From: an uncultured Alistipes sp. | GTDB lineage: Bacteria; Bacteroidota; Bacteroidia; Bacteroidales; Rikenellaceae | NCBI GenBank assembly: GCA_947367255.1 | Contig: CANBCZ010000003.1 | Coordinates: forward strand, 53,612 to 117,611 | Direction of reading: 5' to 3' | DNA length: 64,000 nt | Part shown: positions 47,358 through 56,338 of the stretch, in pieces | How the letters are laid out: every line of letters begins with the position of its first letter | Numbering within the stretch: position 1 is the stretch's first letter | Position numbers and translations under genes: made by a program | The notes under the pieces: model-generated | Told to the model about the DNA's origin: nothing | The model's database searches: none | Seen by the model: only the letters and a program-made list of their open reading frames with translations

Positions 47358-50318
47358 TTAATGTATTAGGTATTCGACAATATCTTTCATAAGCAAATCG
47401 CGCTCAGTTCTCTCTGTAACAGACTCAAACGGCAGACCCATTACAAAGGTTGAGTGGTCATCGCCCTTATATCCCACCGCCGCAGCAATACGGCTATCCG
47501 GATAGTAGATAAGCGCTTTGGCAGCACCGACGGCTCTGAAGCCATCAACGGAGTTTACGGTATAGTAGTCGTGGCGATAGTCGCGGCAGAAGTGGTACTC
47601 TCTGCCCGTAAATGCACTCGGCTGGCGGCTGATGGTCGTAACCACACTCTTTCGTGAAGCATTGGCACCGACAAATGTAAGGTGGAGCGATTTTTTCGCA
47701 AACTCGCGGTCGGCATCTGTTGTCTTATCGCTGCCAAGAAGGTCAGTACCGATATAGGCTCCCGAGACAAACAGCGCACCCTTTGAGTCCAGATACGCAG
47801 CAAGTGCGCTCTGCAACTTATCTGAAAAGCACTCATATTTGCTCTGCACAACACCGCGACCAACAGTTGTTGTACGCTGCTTGCCGAGCAGAAGATCGAC
47901 CATATTGTAGCACGACAAATCGACATTACCACTCTCCACTGCCGCCACACTTGAGGAGTAGAATGAGCAGCCTGCTGCTACAAGGCTCTCTCCGTGCAGG
48001 TATGGATAGTCAAAGGTATTTCCGCCGACAATACCTCCCTGATAGTCGCTAAACGAGTAACCGAGGGCACTCTGCTCGACCTTTTCGCGACGCTTGGAGG
48101 TGTCATAAACACGCTGCTCGCCGACAAATGCGACATCTCGAATATATGCCACACCGCTATCGAACTCATTATGAAATCCATCCTCGCGGCACTCCGGCGC
48201 CGACAGGCGGTCAAAGCCATTGACAACCATAACCGTCGCCACAGCATCGCTACGACGACATACGGCAAGTGTTTCGCTCGGAAAACTCTCACCTCCGGCA
48301 TTGATTGCAGTAACTCGGTAGCTATAGATTATATCGTCACTCTGTCTGACAACAACCTCCGTCCCTGTCACTACACGACCGGAGTCGAAACCGCCATTAC
48401 CCTTGCGGGTATAGACAACATATGCAGTTGGAGCAGCACTACTCTCAAGCGAGTCTACTGTCGGCTGCCAACTAAGGCGCACGCCGTCACCATCGATTGG
48501 CGAGGTCGAGAAGTTCTTCACAGGCAGCGGAGTGACACAATATGGTACATCGTACTGCGCCGAGAGGTGGCGAAGCATAGCCTTATATATTGCGCGGGCA
48601 ACGGTAAACTTGAAGTTCGGGTCGTGACCCAGACGCATATCGGCAAGGTTCTGATGCGAGAGCAGCTCGAGGAGCATTGTCGGCGTAGATGGTACGCGTG
48701 CCTCATAGTAGGAGCGGTTCCACATTCCGCGACGACGCCACTCGGGCTCGTATGTACGACGCAGATCGTCGGATATTTGCGACATAACAAGGTCTGTCAA
48801 ATCGCGCGAAAGATAGCGTTTGGCTCCACCCTCGAACTTACCCTTTTGGAACTTGGTGTAGAAGATACCCAGCGTACCGATAGTGGCATCGTTGTCGGTA
48901 ATTCCGGCGTCGGTATGGAAGGCAAACGAGAGATCGACAGGTATAGCTAATCCCTCCTCCTTCTTCAGGCGCTCGGAGCCACCCATAAGGGCATTGACCC
49001 ACTCGCCACGCGACATATAGTCATCCTTATAGTCGTTACCCTCTCTATTCGGAGAGTAGACCTTCTCATCGAAACCTGCCCACTGCAGCCAATATCTTGC
49101 ACCCTCGCAGTAGCGCGGCATACCGCTTGTAATCGGGGTATAATCGCCACCCGCCACCTGCAGCGAGTCACGAACCGTACGGGCAATATTACCATAGCCG
49201 CCACCAACCTTTACCGCATCGGCACTGACTATTACACCCTCCTTATCCAGCAGGTTTGAGAGTGTCACCACCACCCTCTTCTCGCCCTCTGTAAAGCGAT
49301 GTGTTCCCAAGTATATCCATGTGCCGCCACCCATACGCTGATTGACCTGGTAACGACTCTCGCCGCCCGCGTGATGAACAGTATAGACCACACCGTCGGC
49401 ACTATCGGGGAAGGATTTGTAGCTTACATAGACTGCATAGTCGTCGCTCTTTTGAAAGGCTGCGCTCCATTTGGCAACACTCGAGTTATCGGCTGCCGAT
49501 ACGCTGCGAGTTGCGCGGCTTGTACCATCTGCAAAGGGATTTTCGCCCGTAAGGTATGTCGTCTTGCGGTGTGCAAAGCCATCCTCAATGCTCTGCCAGC
49601 GATATTTACCTACCTTTTCGGTGTAATTTTCACTATCGTTGTCGATGATAATTTCGGTTGTCTGGAAGTCGCGCTCGCGTGGCAGAAGCACCGTTGCACC
49701 TGCACTCTCAAGCATAGGGACAAGGTACGGCAGCACATAGCTCTGGGTATAGAGGTCCTCGACGGTCTGCCAAAGTAGCGAGCGCTGCCATGTCCAGTCG
49801 TTTATACCCTCATCGAAGTAACGACCGTGACTCTGCCACATAGCAATATGGCGGTCGGCAAGTCCCTTTGTAATCGAGAATGGTCGCTCGGGGCGCACAA
49901 GCTGTCCTCCGTCGCCACTATTGGTAAACGGTTTTACACCTTTGCGCGAAGTGCGGTCGTAGAGTGGTATGTAGTAGTCGAGAGAGTAACCTTCGGAGAC
50001 AATCTCTATCTTCTTATCCCTCAGACCATTAGGCAGGCAAAGACGCACAGAGTCATAGATTGCGGCAAGATTATCCTCCCTTACGGGATAGTAGGACATA
50101 CCCACCGAGGTATAGATAACGACCTTACCACTGCGTTGCGAGATATTGGATACCCTTACAGGCACGCCCTTCACCTCACGCTGAACGATACGCGTAAGGG
50201 TCTGAGAGATAGCCTCTTTGGTGCTATCTGCAAAGGACTTTGGCGCTGCCGAAACGAGTATTGGCAGGAGTAAAAGAGGTATGAGTATATATAGTTTTTT
50301 TACAAAATCTCGATTCAT
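47358..50318 (-). CDS. Large secreted multidomain protein: Amidase_3-like domain with inserted Golvesin/xanthan-lyase-C-like domain, FN3 and C-terminal alpha/beta domain
   Basis: WQSHG, VEDL, AFHTDA, LLELLSH Zn-amidase-like motifs; VNQRMGGGTWIYLG; YSYRVTAINAGGES. Confidence 0.65.
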   Translation of the reverse strand: MNRDFVKKLYILIPLLLLPILVSAAPKSFADSTKEAISQTLTRIVQREVKGVPVRVSNISQRSGKVVIYTSVGMSYYPVREDNLAAIYDSVRLCLPNGLRDKKIEIVSEGYSLDYYIPLYDRTSRKGVKPFTNSGDGGQLVRPERPFSITKGLADRHIAMWQSHGRYFDEGINDWTWQRSLLWQTVEDLYTQSYVLPYLVPMLESAGATVLLPRERDFQTTEIIIDNDSENYTEKVGKYRWQSIEDGFAHRKTTYLTGENPFADGTSRATRSVSAADNSSVAKWSAAFQKSDDYAVYVSYKSFPDSADGVVYTVHHAGGESRYQVNQRMGGGTWIYLGTHRFTEGEKRVVVTLSNLLDKEGVIVSADAVKVGGGYGNIARTVRDSLQVAGGDYTPITSGMPRYCEGARYWLQWAGFDEKVYSPNREGNDYKDDYMSRGEWVNALMGGSERLKKEEGLAIPVDLSFAFHTDAGITDNDATIGTLGIFYTKFQKGKFEGGAKRYLSRDLTDLVMSQISDDLRRTYEPEWRRRGMWNRSYYEARVPSTPTMLLELLSHQNLADMRLGHDPNFKFTVARAIYKAMLRHLSAQYDVPYCVTPLPVKNFSTSPIDGDGVRLSWQPTVDSLESSAAPTAYVVYTRKGNGGFDSGRVVTGTEVVVRQSDDIIYSYRVTAINAGGESFPSETLAVCRRSDAVATVMVVNGFDRLSAPECREDGFHNEFDSGVAYIRDVAFVGEQRVYDTSKRREKVEQSALGYSFSDYQGGIVGGNTFDYPYLHGESLVAAGCSFYSSSVAAVESGNVDLSCYNMVDLLLGKQRTTTVGRGVVQSKYECFSDKLQSALAAYLDSKGALFVSGAYIGTDLLGSDKTTDADREFAKKSLHLTFVGANASRKSVVTTISRQPSAFTGREYHFCRDYRHDYYTVNSVDGFRAVGAAKALIYYPDSRIAAAVGYKGDDHSTFVMGLPFESVTERTERDLLMKDIVEYLIH

Positions 50319-50355
50319 AGATGCAAAGATAGCAAATAGTTATTAAATTTGCGAT

Positions 50356-51129
50356 ATGAAGCAGCTTTTATCAGCCATATTGTTACTCCAAATTCTCTTT
50401 ACCGGATGCTATGACCACCACTCGGCACCAAAACCGAGCGAGAATGAGCAGATTGTAACAGCGACCATTGCCGATCTATACGAAATGTGCAACGGCAGTC
50501 AGATAATCCAGATAAAGAGTAGTATCTCCACCCACGGAGTAGTGGTATCGTCTGACTCTCAAAGTTTTATCAACAAGGCTATCTATATTGACGACGGCAC
50601 TGCGACGGCGAAGATATCTATCGATATGAGCCAGATATCGTCACTCTATCCCATAGGCTCAAAGCTGACAATATCCCTCAACGGTCTGGTACTTACCATC
50701 CGAAACTATCAGCTCCATATTGCAATGCTCGACAACGACGATCCGACCGAGATTAAGGGTATTAAATCCGAGGTGCTGTTAGATAGGCACATATCGTGTG
50801 AGAGTAGACCATACACCGTTGAGCCACAAGTAGTTCTGCCGTACGAACTAAACTCACTGCTATGCGGAAAACTCGTACGCCTTGAGGGTATGATGCACAG
50901 CCCGACAGATGAGGCTGACAGCTATATTGCAGGTGGATTTCATCGCTTCAGCAATCTGCGGGGCGACCACACTTACATCTATATCGACCAATACAGCTCC
51001 GCCTTCGGCAAACCGCTCCCAACGGGTGAAGTGACCCTAACGGGCATTGTCACTTGGTACCCCGAAATCTATGGCGAAAAGAACACCATCGCCCTTCTCC
51101 CGCGCTACAAAAGCGATATAGGGATGTAA
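50356..51129 (+). CDS. DUF5689-like OB-fold lipoprotein
   Basis: Lipobox FTGC; TIADL, GVVVSSD..F..IYIDDGT; TLTGIV..Y..LLPR. Confidence 0.75.
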   Translation: MKQLLSAILLLQILFTGCYDHHSAPKPSENEQIVTATIADLYEMCNGSQIIQIKSSISTHGVVVSSDSQSFINKAIYIDDGTATAKISIDMSQISSLYPIGSKLTISLNGLVLTIRNYQLHIAMLDNDDPTEIKGIKSEVLLDRHISCESRPYTVEPQVVLPYELNSLLCGKLVRLEGMMHSPTDEADSYIAGGFHRFSNLRGDHTYIYIDQYSSAFGKPLPTGEVTLTGIVTWYPEIYGEKNTIALLPRYKSDIGM

Positions 51130-51198
51130 AAAAGCGCATGCATCTGCATACGCTTTTTAATGCTATTGGCTTGTTGGCTTTCAGCTGCAAAGAATTTG

Positions 51199-51425
51199 TT
51201 TGAAGCTGCTCGTAGGTCTGAAAAGCGGAGTTTACTTTGTCGTAAATGAACATTTTCAGAACAAGGCAGATGCCAAAAGAGCCTTGTTAGACCTTTATTA
51301 CTTTTATAAGAATTTGTATAACAAAAGCTATTTTGAAGCTGCTCGCAGATCTGAAAAGCGGAGTTTACTTTGTCGTAAATGAGCATTTTCAGAACAAGGC
51401 AGATGCCAAAAGAGCCTTGTTAGAC
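51199..51425 (+). repeat. Tandem pair of 94-bp hairpin elements (51199-51292, 51332-51425)
   Basis: 3 differences in 94 bp; core ctgaaaagcggagtttac-tttgtc-gtaaatga(a/g)cattttcag. Confidence 0.85.
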
Positions 51426-51434
51426 GAATTCTTA

Positions 51435-52877
51435 CTATTTGCAGTTCTTCAGCACATCTAAAAGCAACGCCCAGAACTTATCTACAGTTGCAATCTCCAA
51501 TCGCTCGTCAGGCGAGTGTACGCCGCGCAGGGTTGGTCCGAAAGAGACCATCTCGAGGTGTGGATACTTCTCGAGGAAGAGTCCGCACTCAAGACCTGCG
51601 TGGATAGCGCGCACCTTCGGCTCGGCAGCAAAGAGTCGCTTATATGACTCGAAAGTTGTTGCAAGCAGAGCTGACGATGGGTCAGGAGTCCAGCCCGGAT
51701 AGCCGTCAGAGTGCTCTACCTCAGCACCTGCGAGGGTAAGAACAGCCTCGATGCTGTGCATTGCGTCGCGCTTTGCACGCTCGACAGAGGAGCGCTGTGA
51801 GGTGGTAACGACAATCTGATTTTCCACAAACTTTACAGATGCGAGGTTTGTCGAGGTCTCGACAAGACCCTTCATAGTCTGCGAGAAGGCGAGAACTCCA
51901 TTTGGAAGACCAACGAGTGCAGAGAGCAGTGCCGACTGTGTATCCTCGTCGATTACAGGTTGCAGAGCCGCCTCGCCAACAGTAATCTTCAGATTTGGCT
52001 CGGTAGGGGCATAGAGTGCCTTTACTGCCGAGATATATGTTGCAAGTGCAGTCTCAAAGAGGAGTGCTGTCTGCTCCGGAACAGCAACAACGGTGTATGC
52101 CTCGCGAGGGATGGCATTTCTAAGATTACCACCATCGAACATACCCAGACAGATGCCGTAGCGCTGTGCGTCATAGAGGAAGGCAGCCAAAATCTTATTG
52201 GCATTACCCAGACCCTTATCGATATCGTCGCCCGAGTGACCACCCTTCAGACCCGCAACATTGATACGGTAGAGGAGATACTCTCCCTCCAAAGTCTCTG
52301 TTGTATAGTCGAAGCGGGCAAGGGTATCCACACCACCGGCACAGCCGATAAATATCTCACCCTCATCCTCAGAGTCGAGGTTTATCAGGTACTTGCCTGT
52401 AAGCATACCCTCACCGAGGTTGAAAGCACCGGTAAGACCGGTCTCCTCATCAACAGTAAAGAGTGCCTCGATAGCTCCGTGCTCGACAGCAGGGTCGATA
52501 AGCACCGCGAGTGCCGCTGCCATACCGATACCACAATCGGCGCCGAGTGTAGTACCCTCTGCCTTTACCCAACCATCGACAATCTTTGTACGGATCGGGT
52601 CGGTATCGAAGTTGTGAACGGTATCCGAGTTCTTCTCGCAGACCATATCCATATGCGACTGCAAAATAACTGTCGGCAGAGCCTCATAGCCTGCAGTGGC
52701 AGCTTTACGAATAACGACATTGCCAATCTCGTCGCGCTGAGCCTCCAAAGAGTGCTTTGCGGCGAAGGCAAGCAGGTAGTCGATAATCTTCTCCTCACGC
52801 TTTGACGGGCGTGGAACAGCTGTAATCTCATCAAAAATCTCCCAGATGAGTTTTGGTTGTAAATCTCTGATAGTCAT
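51435..52877 (-). CDS. pepD: Aminoacyl-histidine dipeptidase (M20)
   Basis: LQSHMDMV, TTLGADCGIG, TVDEETGL, NLDSEDEG, IHAGLECG, HSPDE. Confidence 0.95.
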   Translation of the reverse strand: MTIRDLQPKLIWEIFDEITAVPRPSKREEKIIDYLLAFAAKHSLEAQRDEIGNVVIRKAATAGYEALPTVILQSHMDMVCEKNSDTVHNFDTDPIRTKIVDGWVKAEGTTLGADCGIGMAAALAVLIDPAVEHGAIEALFTVDEETGLTGAFNLGEGMLTGKYLINLDSEDEGEIFIGCAGGVDTLARFDYTTETLEGEYLLYRINVAGLKGGHSGDDIDKGLGNANKILAAFLYDAQRYGICLGMFDGGNLRNAIPREAYTVVAVPEQTALLFETALATYISAVKALYAPTEPNLKITVGEAALQPVIDEDTQSALLSALVGLPNGVLAFSQTMKGLVETSTNLASVKFVENQIVVTTSQRSSVERAKRDAMHSIEAVLTLAGAEVEHSDGYPGWTPDPSSALLATTFESYKRLFAAEPKVRAIHAGLECGLFLEKYPHLEMVSFGPTLRGVHSPDERLEIATVDKFWALLLDVLKNCK

Positions 52878-52890
52878 AGTAGTATATTTT

Positions 52891-53367
52891 TTAATCTTTG
52901 TAAATCAATGCTACACAGGTCGCTGACACACCCCTCTCCTCGCCCTCAAAGCCGAGGTGCTCGGTGGTTGTCGCCTTGACCGATACGCACTCTACCTCGA
53001 TACCCATAGTCAAGGCTATCTGCTCGCGCATAGAGTCGATATATGGGCGCAGTTTTGGTCGCTGCATAGCTATTGTCGAGTCTACATTTCCGACCTTATA
53101 ACCCCTATCTGCAAGTAGCGCCACAACCCTTGCAAGCAGTTTGCGGGAGTCGATGCCCTTAAACTCGGCAGCGGTATCGGGGAAGTGCTTGCCTATATCG
53201 CCAAGCGCAGCGGCTCCGAGCAGTGCATCGCATATAGCGTGAATAAGCACATCGCCGTCAGAGTGGGCAATACACCCCTTTGTGTGAGGTATCTCTACCC
53301 CACCAAGCACCAATCGAAGTCCATCGCCAAGGGCGTGTACGTCGTACCCGTGACCAATTCTAAACAT
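52891..53367 (-). CDS. ispF: 2-C-methyl-D-erythritol 2,4-cyclodiphosphate synthase
   Basis: RIGHGYDVH, HSDGDVLIHA, GDIGKHFPD, KATTTE. Confidence 0.97.
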   Translation of the reverse strand: MFRIGHGYDVHALGDGLRLVLGGVEIPHTKGCIAHSDGDVLIHAICDALLGAAALGDIGKHFPDTAAEFKGIDSRKLLARVVALLADRGYKVGNVDSTIAMQRPKLRPYIDSMREQIALTMGIEVECVSVKATTTEHLGFEGEERGVSATCVALIYKD

Positions 53368-53371
53368 ACTA

Positions 53372-54664
53372 TTATATAAATATATACTTAAGGACAAAGA
53401 GTACTGCCAGAATATACATTGCAGGAGTCAATTTGCTAAACTTACCGCAAATCATATTCATCAGCACATATGAAATCATACCCAAAAGAATACCGTTAGA
53501 GATAGAGTATGAGAATGGCATCATTACAATACAAACGAATGCAGGAATTGCCTCTGAGAAGTCATCCAACGGAATCTGTGTAATCGGAGTCATCATCAAA
53601 AGACCCACAATAATCAGCGCAGGAGCAGTTGCCGCTGCCGGGATAGAGAGGAAGAGCGGCGAGAAGAAGAGCGCCACTGCAAAGCAGCACGCAATAGCAA
53701 AGGCGGTAAGACCTGAGCGACCACCCTGAGCAACACCTGCTGCACTCTCTACGTATGTTGTAGTGGTAGAAGTTCCGAGCATTGCACCTACTGTAGTTGC
53801 GATAGCATCTGCCATAAACGCCTGCTTAAGGCGGCGAATATGACCATTCTCATCGACCATATGTGACTTTGTACATACACCAATAAGTGTACCAACGGTA
53901 TCAAACATATCGATAAAGAAGAAGGTAAACACAATTATCGCCATATCCATAGTAAAGATATGCTCCCACTCAAACTTACAGCAGATTGAACTGATAGACT
54001 CTGGATGAGAGATAATGCCCTTAAACTCGGTAACACCCATCGGAATACCGATAAGCATAGTAATAAGGATACCGATAAGGATTGAACCAGGGATACCTCG
54101 CATATACAAAAGTCCTGTGATAATCAGACCGATAAGGGCAAGCAGAGCCGAGCCTGAAGTAATATCACCAAGACCTACGAGTGTAGCCTCGTTGTTGACA
54201 ATAACACCTGCACTATTAAAACCAATAAAGGTAATAAAGAGTCCGATACCTACACCAATCGCTCTACGAAGACTCAGCGGAATTGCCTCAACAATTGCAT
54301 CTCGAACATTTGTAATGGTCAGAACAATAAAAATCAGACCCTCGATAAGCACTGCTGTAAGGGCAAACTGCCAAGAGTAACCCATACCGATACAGACGCT
54401 ATATACAAAGAATGCATTAAGACCCATACCTGGAGCAAGACCAAATGGAAGTTTACCCCAGAATGCCATTGCAAGACAACCTACAATAGCTGCGAGTGCT
54501 GTAGCGGTAAACACTGCACCGCTTGACATACCCTCAAGCTGACTAAAAATAGATGGGTTTACTGCAAGGATATACGACATTGTAAGGAATGTGGTAATTC
54601 CCGCAAAGATCTCCTTTTTGACCGTAGTTTGACTCGGGTCAAAACCGAATAGTTTGTTAAGCAT
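53372..54664 (-). CDS. AzgA-type NCS2 adenine/guanine permease
   Basis: GITTFLTMSYIL.VNP, LAPGMGLNAFF, DMFDTVGTL, TTTYVESAAG..GGRSG. Confidence 0.92.
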   Translation of the reverse strand: MLNKLFGFDPSQTTVKKEIFAGITTFLTMSYILAVNPSIFSQLEGMSSGAVFTATALAAIVGCLAMAFWGKLPFGLAPGMGLNAFFVYSVCIGMGYSWQFALTAVLIEGLIFIVLTITNVRDAIVEAIPLSLRRAIGVGIGLFITFIGFNSAGVIVNNEATLVGLGDITSGSALLALIGLIITGLLYMRGIPGSILIGILITMLIGIPMGVTEFKGIISHPESISSICCKFEWEHIFTMDMAIIVFTFFFIDMFDTVGTLIGVCTKSHMVDENGHIRRLKQAFMADAIATTVGAMLGTSTTTTYVESAAGVAQGGRSGLTAFAIACCFAVALFFSPLFLSIPAAATAPALIIVGLLMMTPITQIPLDDFSEAIPAFVCIVMMPFSYSISNGILLGMISYVLMNMICGKFSKLTPAMYILAVLFVLKYIFI

Positions 54665-54683
54665 TGTTTATTGGATTAGAGTG

Positions 54684-55394
54684 TTAAAAATTCCATTTAA
54701 GAGCAATAGTTGGATTTGCAGCAAAGCCCTTCTTGAAGAAGTTGCAAGAGAGCTCCACCTCTGTACCTACGCTGAGGCGCACCTTATCCCAACCCTTGAT
54801 ATTCTGCAGGTTTACCCACAGCTGAGGTTCGGTAAGGAAGATAAACTCTGTGCCCTGCCAAACTCTTGCCTCACGCCAGAAATCGGCAAAACCGTTGAAT
54901 GAAATCCAGTGTTTGAAGAAGTCCAAGTTCCAAACACCTGTAATCTGGAAGTTATGAGCCTGCTCCTCGCCATTAAGTCCGATAGTTCCTGGAATTGCCT
55001 TATACGAAGCTGTCACCGACCAAGTCTTGCTCCAGTCCTTAGAGTGACCAGAGTAGGTTGCACCAACCAAGAAACAGTTGTTGAACGAACCTGCAGCGGT
55101 GCTTAGTCCACCATTATACTCGATATGAGCCGAGAGCCAATTCATCTTGCTATTCTGCCAGAAGCAGAGCTCACGAGCAATCTCCCAATATGCGCCACTC
55201 ACCTTTGGAGAGTAGTCCATATCTACAAAGAAGAAGGTGCTTCCACCACCATCTGGGCGAAACATCTCAACTGTAGTTGTCGCACACTGGCGACCAAAGT
55301 CGTAATGCAACTGCACATTTTGACCAAAAGCGTCAGACTTTGCCAACATCAGCAAACCGACCGCTAAGACACAAATTAGTTTGGATCTTTTCAT
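54684..55394 (-). CDS. DUF5020 outer-membrane protein (Tsx-like nucleoside channel fold)
   Basis: Signal peptide; QNVQLHYDFG, TVEMFRPD..GSTFFFVDMDY, YWEIARE; terminal WNF. Confidence 0.75.
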   Translation of the reverse strand: MKRSKLICVLAVGLLMLAKSDAFGQNVQLHYDFGRQCATTTVEMFRPDGGGSTFFFVDMDYSPKVSGAYWEIARELCFWQNSKMNWLSAHIEYNGGLSTAAGSFNNCFLVGATYSGHSKDWSKTWSVTASYKAIPGTIGLNGEEQAHNFQITGVWNLDFFKHWISFNGFADFWREARVWQGTEFIFLTEPQLWVNLQNIKGWDKVRLSVGTEVELSCNFFKKGFAANPTIALKWNF

Positions 55395-55511
55395 AGGGAT
55401 AGTAAATTTACGCAAATATAATCAAAAGAGTGCGAAATAGCAAATAGAGTACGGGGATATAGCGGTGATTTGGTTTCAAATTTGCTACAGTTTGTTCGTA
55501 ATCAAAATTTA

Positions 55512-56105
55512 ATGGCTATGAAACGAAAAATCTTCACACTGTTACTGCTACTTATTGCCGCAGTTACGATTGTTACCGTTGTGCGTTCACAATCGAGCAA
55601 GACGGTACACAAGACGGCAACAACTGTACAAAAACCTATCAACGACACCCGCGAACAGCGCCACAAGGAGCGCGAGCAGCGTCGTGCCGAGCGACTTGCA
55701 GAGTACGAACGATTTATGGACTCGATAGTCCTTGCCCGCAACTTCAAGTTCTTACCATCATCTGTTCAGCAGGAGCCTGCAGGACCTACGCGTCTGCTGA
55801 CAAATCCTAACTACGAACTCTCTGTTTGGGGTTCGGAGGTCGATGTCTGCCTGCCATATATCAAGGGAGTGACACCGCCATACTACTTCGTGCTGCTCAA
55901 CTATACCCTGCCGTCGGTCGAAAGGTATATCACCGAGCAGACCCACGAGGGTTGGAATGTCAGCTTCTCATCCTCGCTCTTCTCGGCGACAGAGTATAAC
56001 TTCTCCCTTGACATCTACTCCTCCTCGGGCACAGCAACCCTTACAATCTCCTCGACTTGGTACCCCGATGTGCAGTACAACGGCTCGATAGTGAGTGTTA
56101 ATTAG
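55512..56105 (+). CDS. DUF4251-like exported protein
   Basis: N-terminal signal/TM; F.F.P, VDVCLPY, GTATLTIS..VQYNG. Confidence 0.7.
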   Translation: MAMKRKIFTLLLLLIAAVTIVTVVRSQSSKTVHKTATTVQKPINDTREQRHKEREQRRAERLAEYERFMDSIVLARNFKFLPSSVQQEPAGPTRLLTNPNYELSVWGSEVDVCLPYIKGVTPPYYFVLLNYTLPSVERYITEQTHEGWNVSFSSSLFSATEYNFSLDIYSSSGTATLTISSTWYPDVQYNGSIVSVN

Positions 56106-56211
56106 CTGTTAGCCTTACAGATGTATCCGCAAAGCGGATGAATATTTATATTTTTGCACTCCACACTATTTCTGCGCTGTTTTGTCAGAGAGTATAATCA
56201 AAGCGACGACC

Positions 56212-56338
56212 AATTTATTGTCAAAACATGTTAGCGATGGTGCATAGTGAAAAATTTCAGCCTCGGATAGTACAAAACGTACAACCGAGGCTGAAATTTG
56301 AGCGATGTGCCATATATGACACATTTTCACGATAAATT
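56212..56338 (+). mobile_element. T1 hairpin element overlapping the stop codon of the phosphoesterase gene
   Basis: aatttattgtcaaaa ... ttttcacgataaatt; perfect stem aaatttcagcctcgg/ccgaggctgaaattt. Confidence 0.75.

Noticed and set aside
51199-51425. Possible CRISPR array
   Set aside because: Two 94-bp units only, no repeat-spacer periodicity, no cas genes
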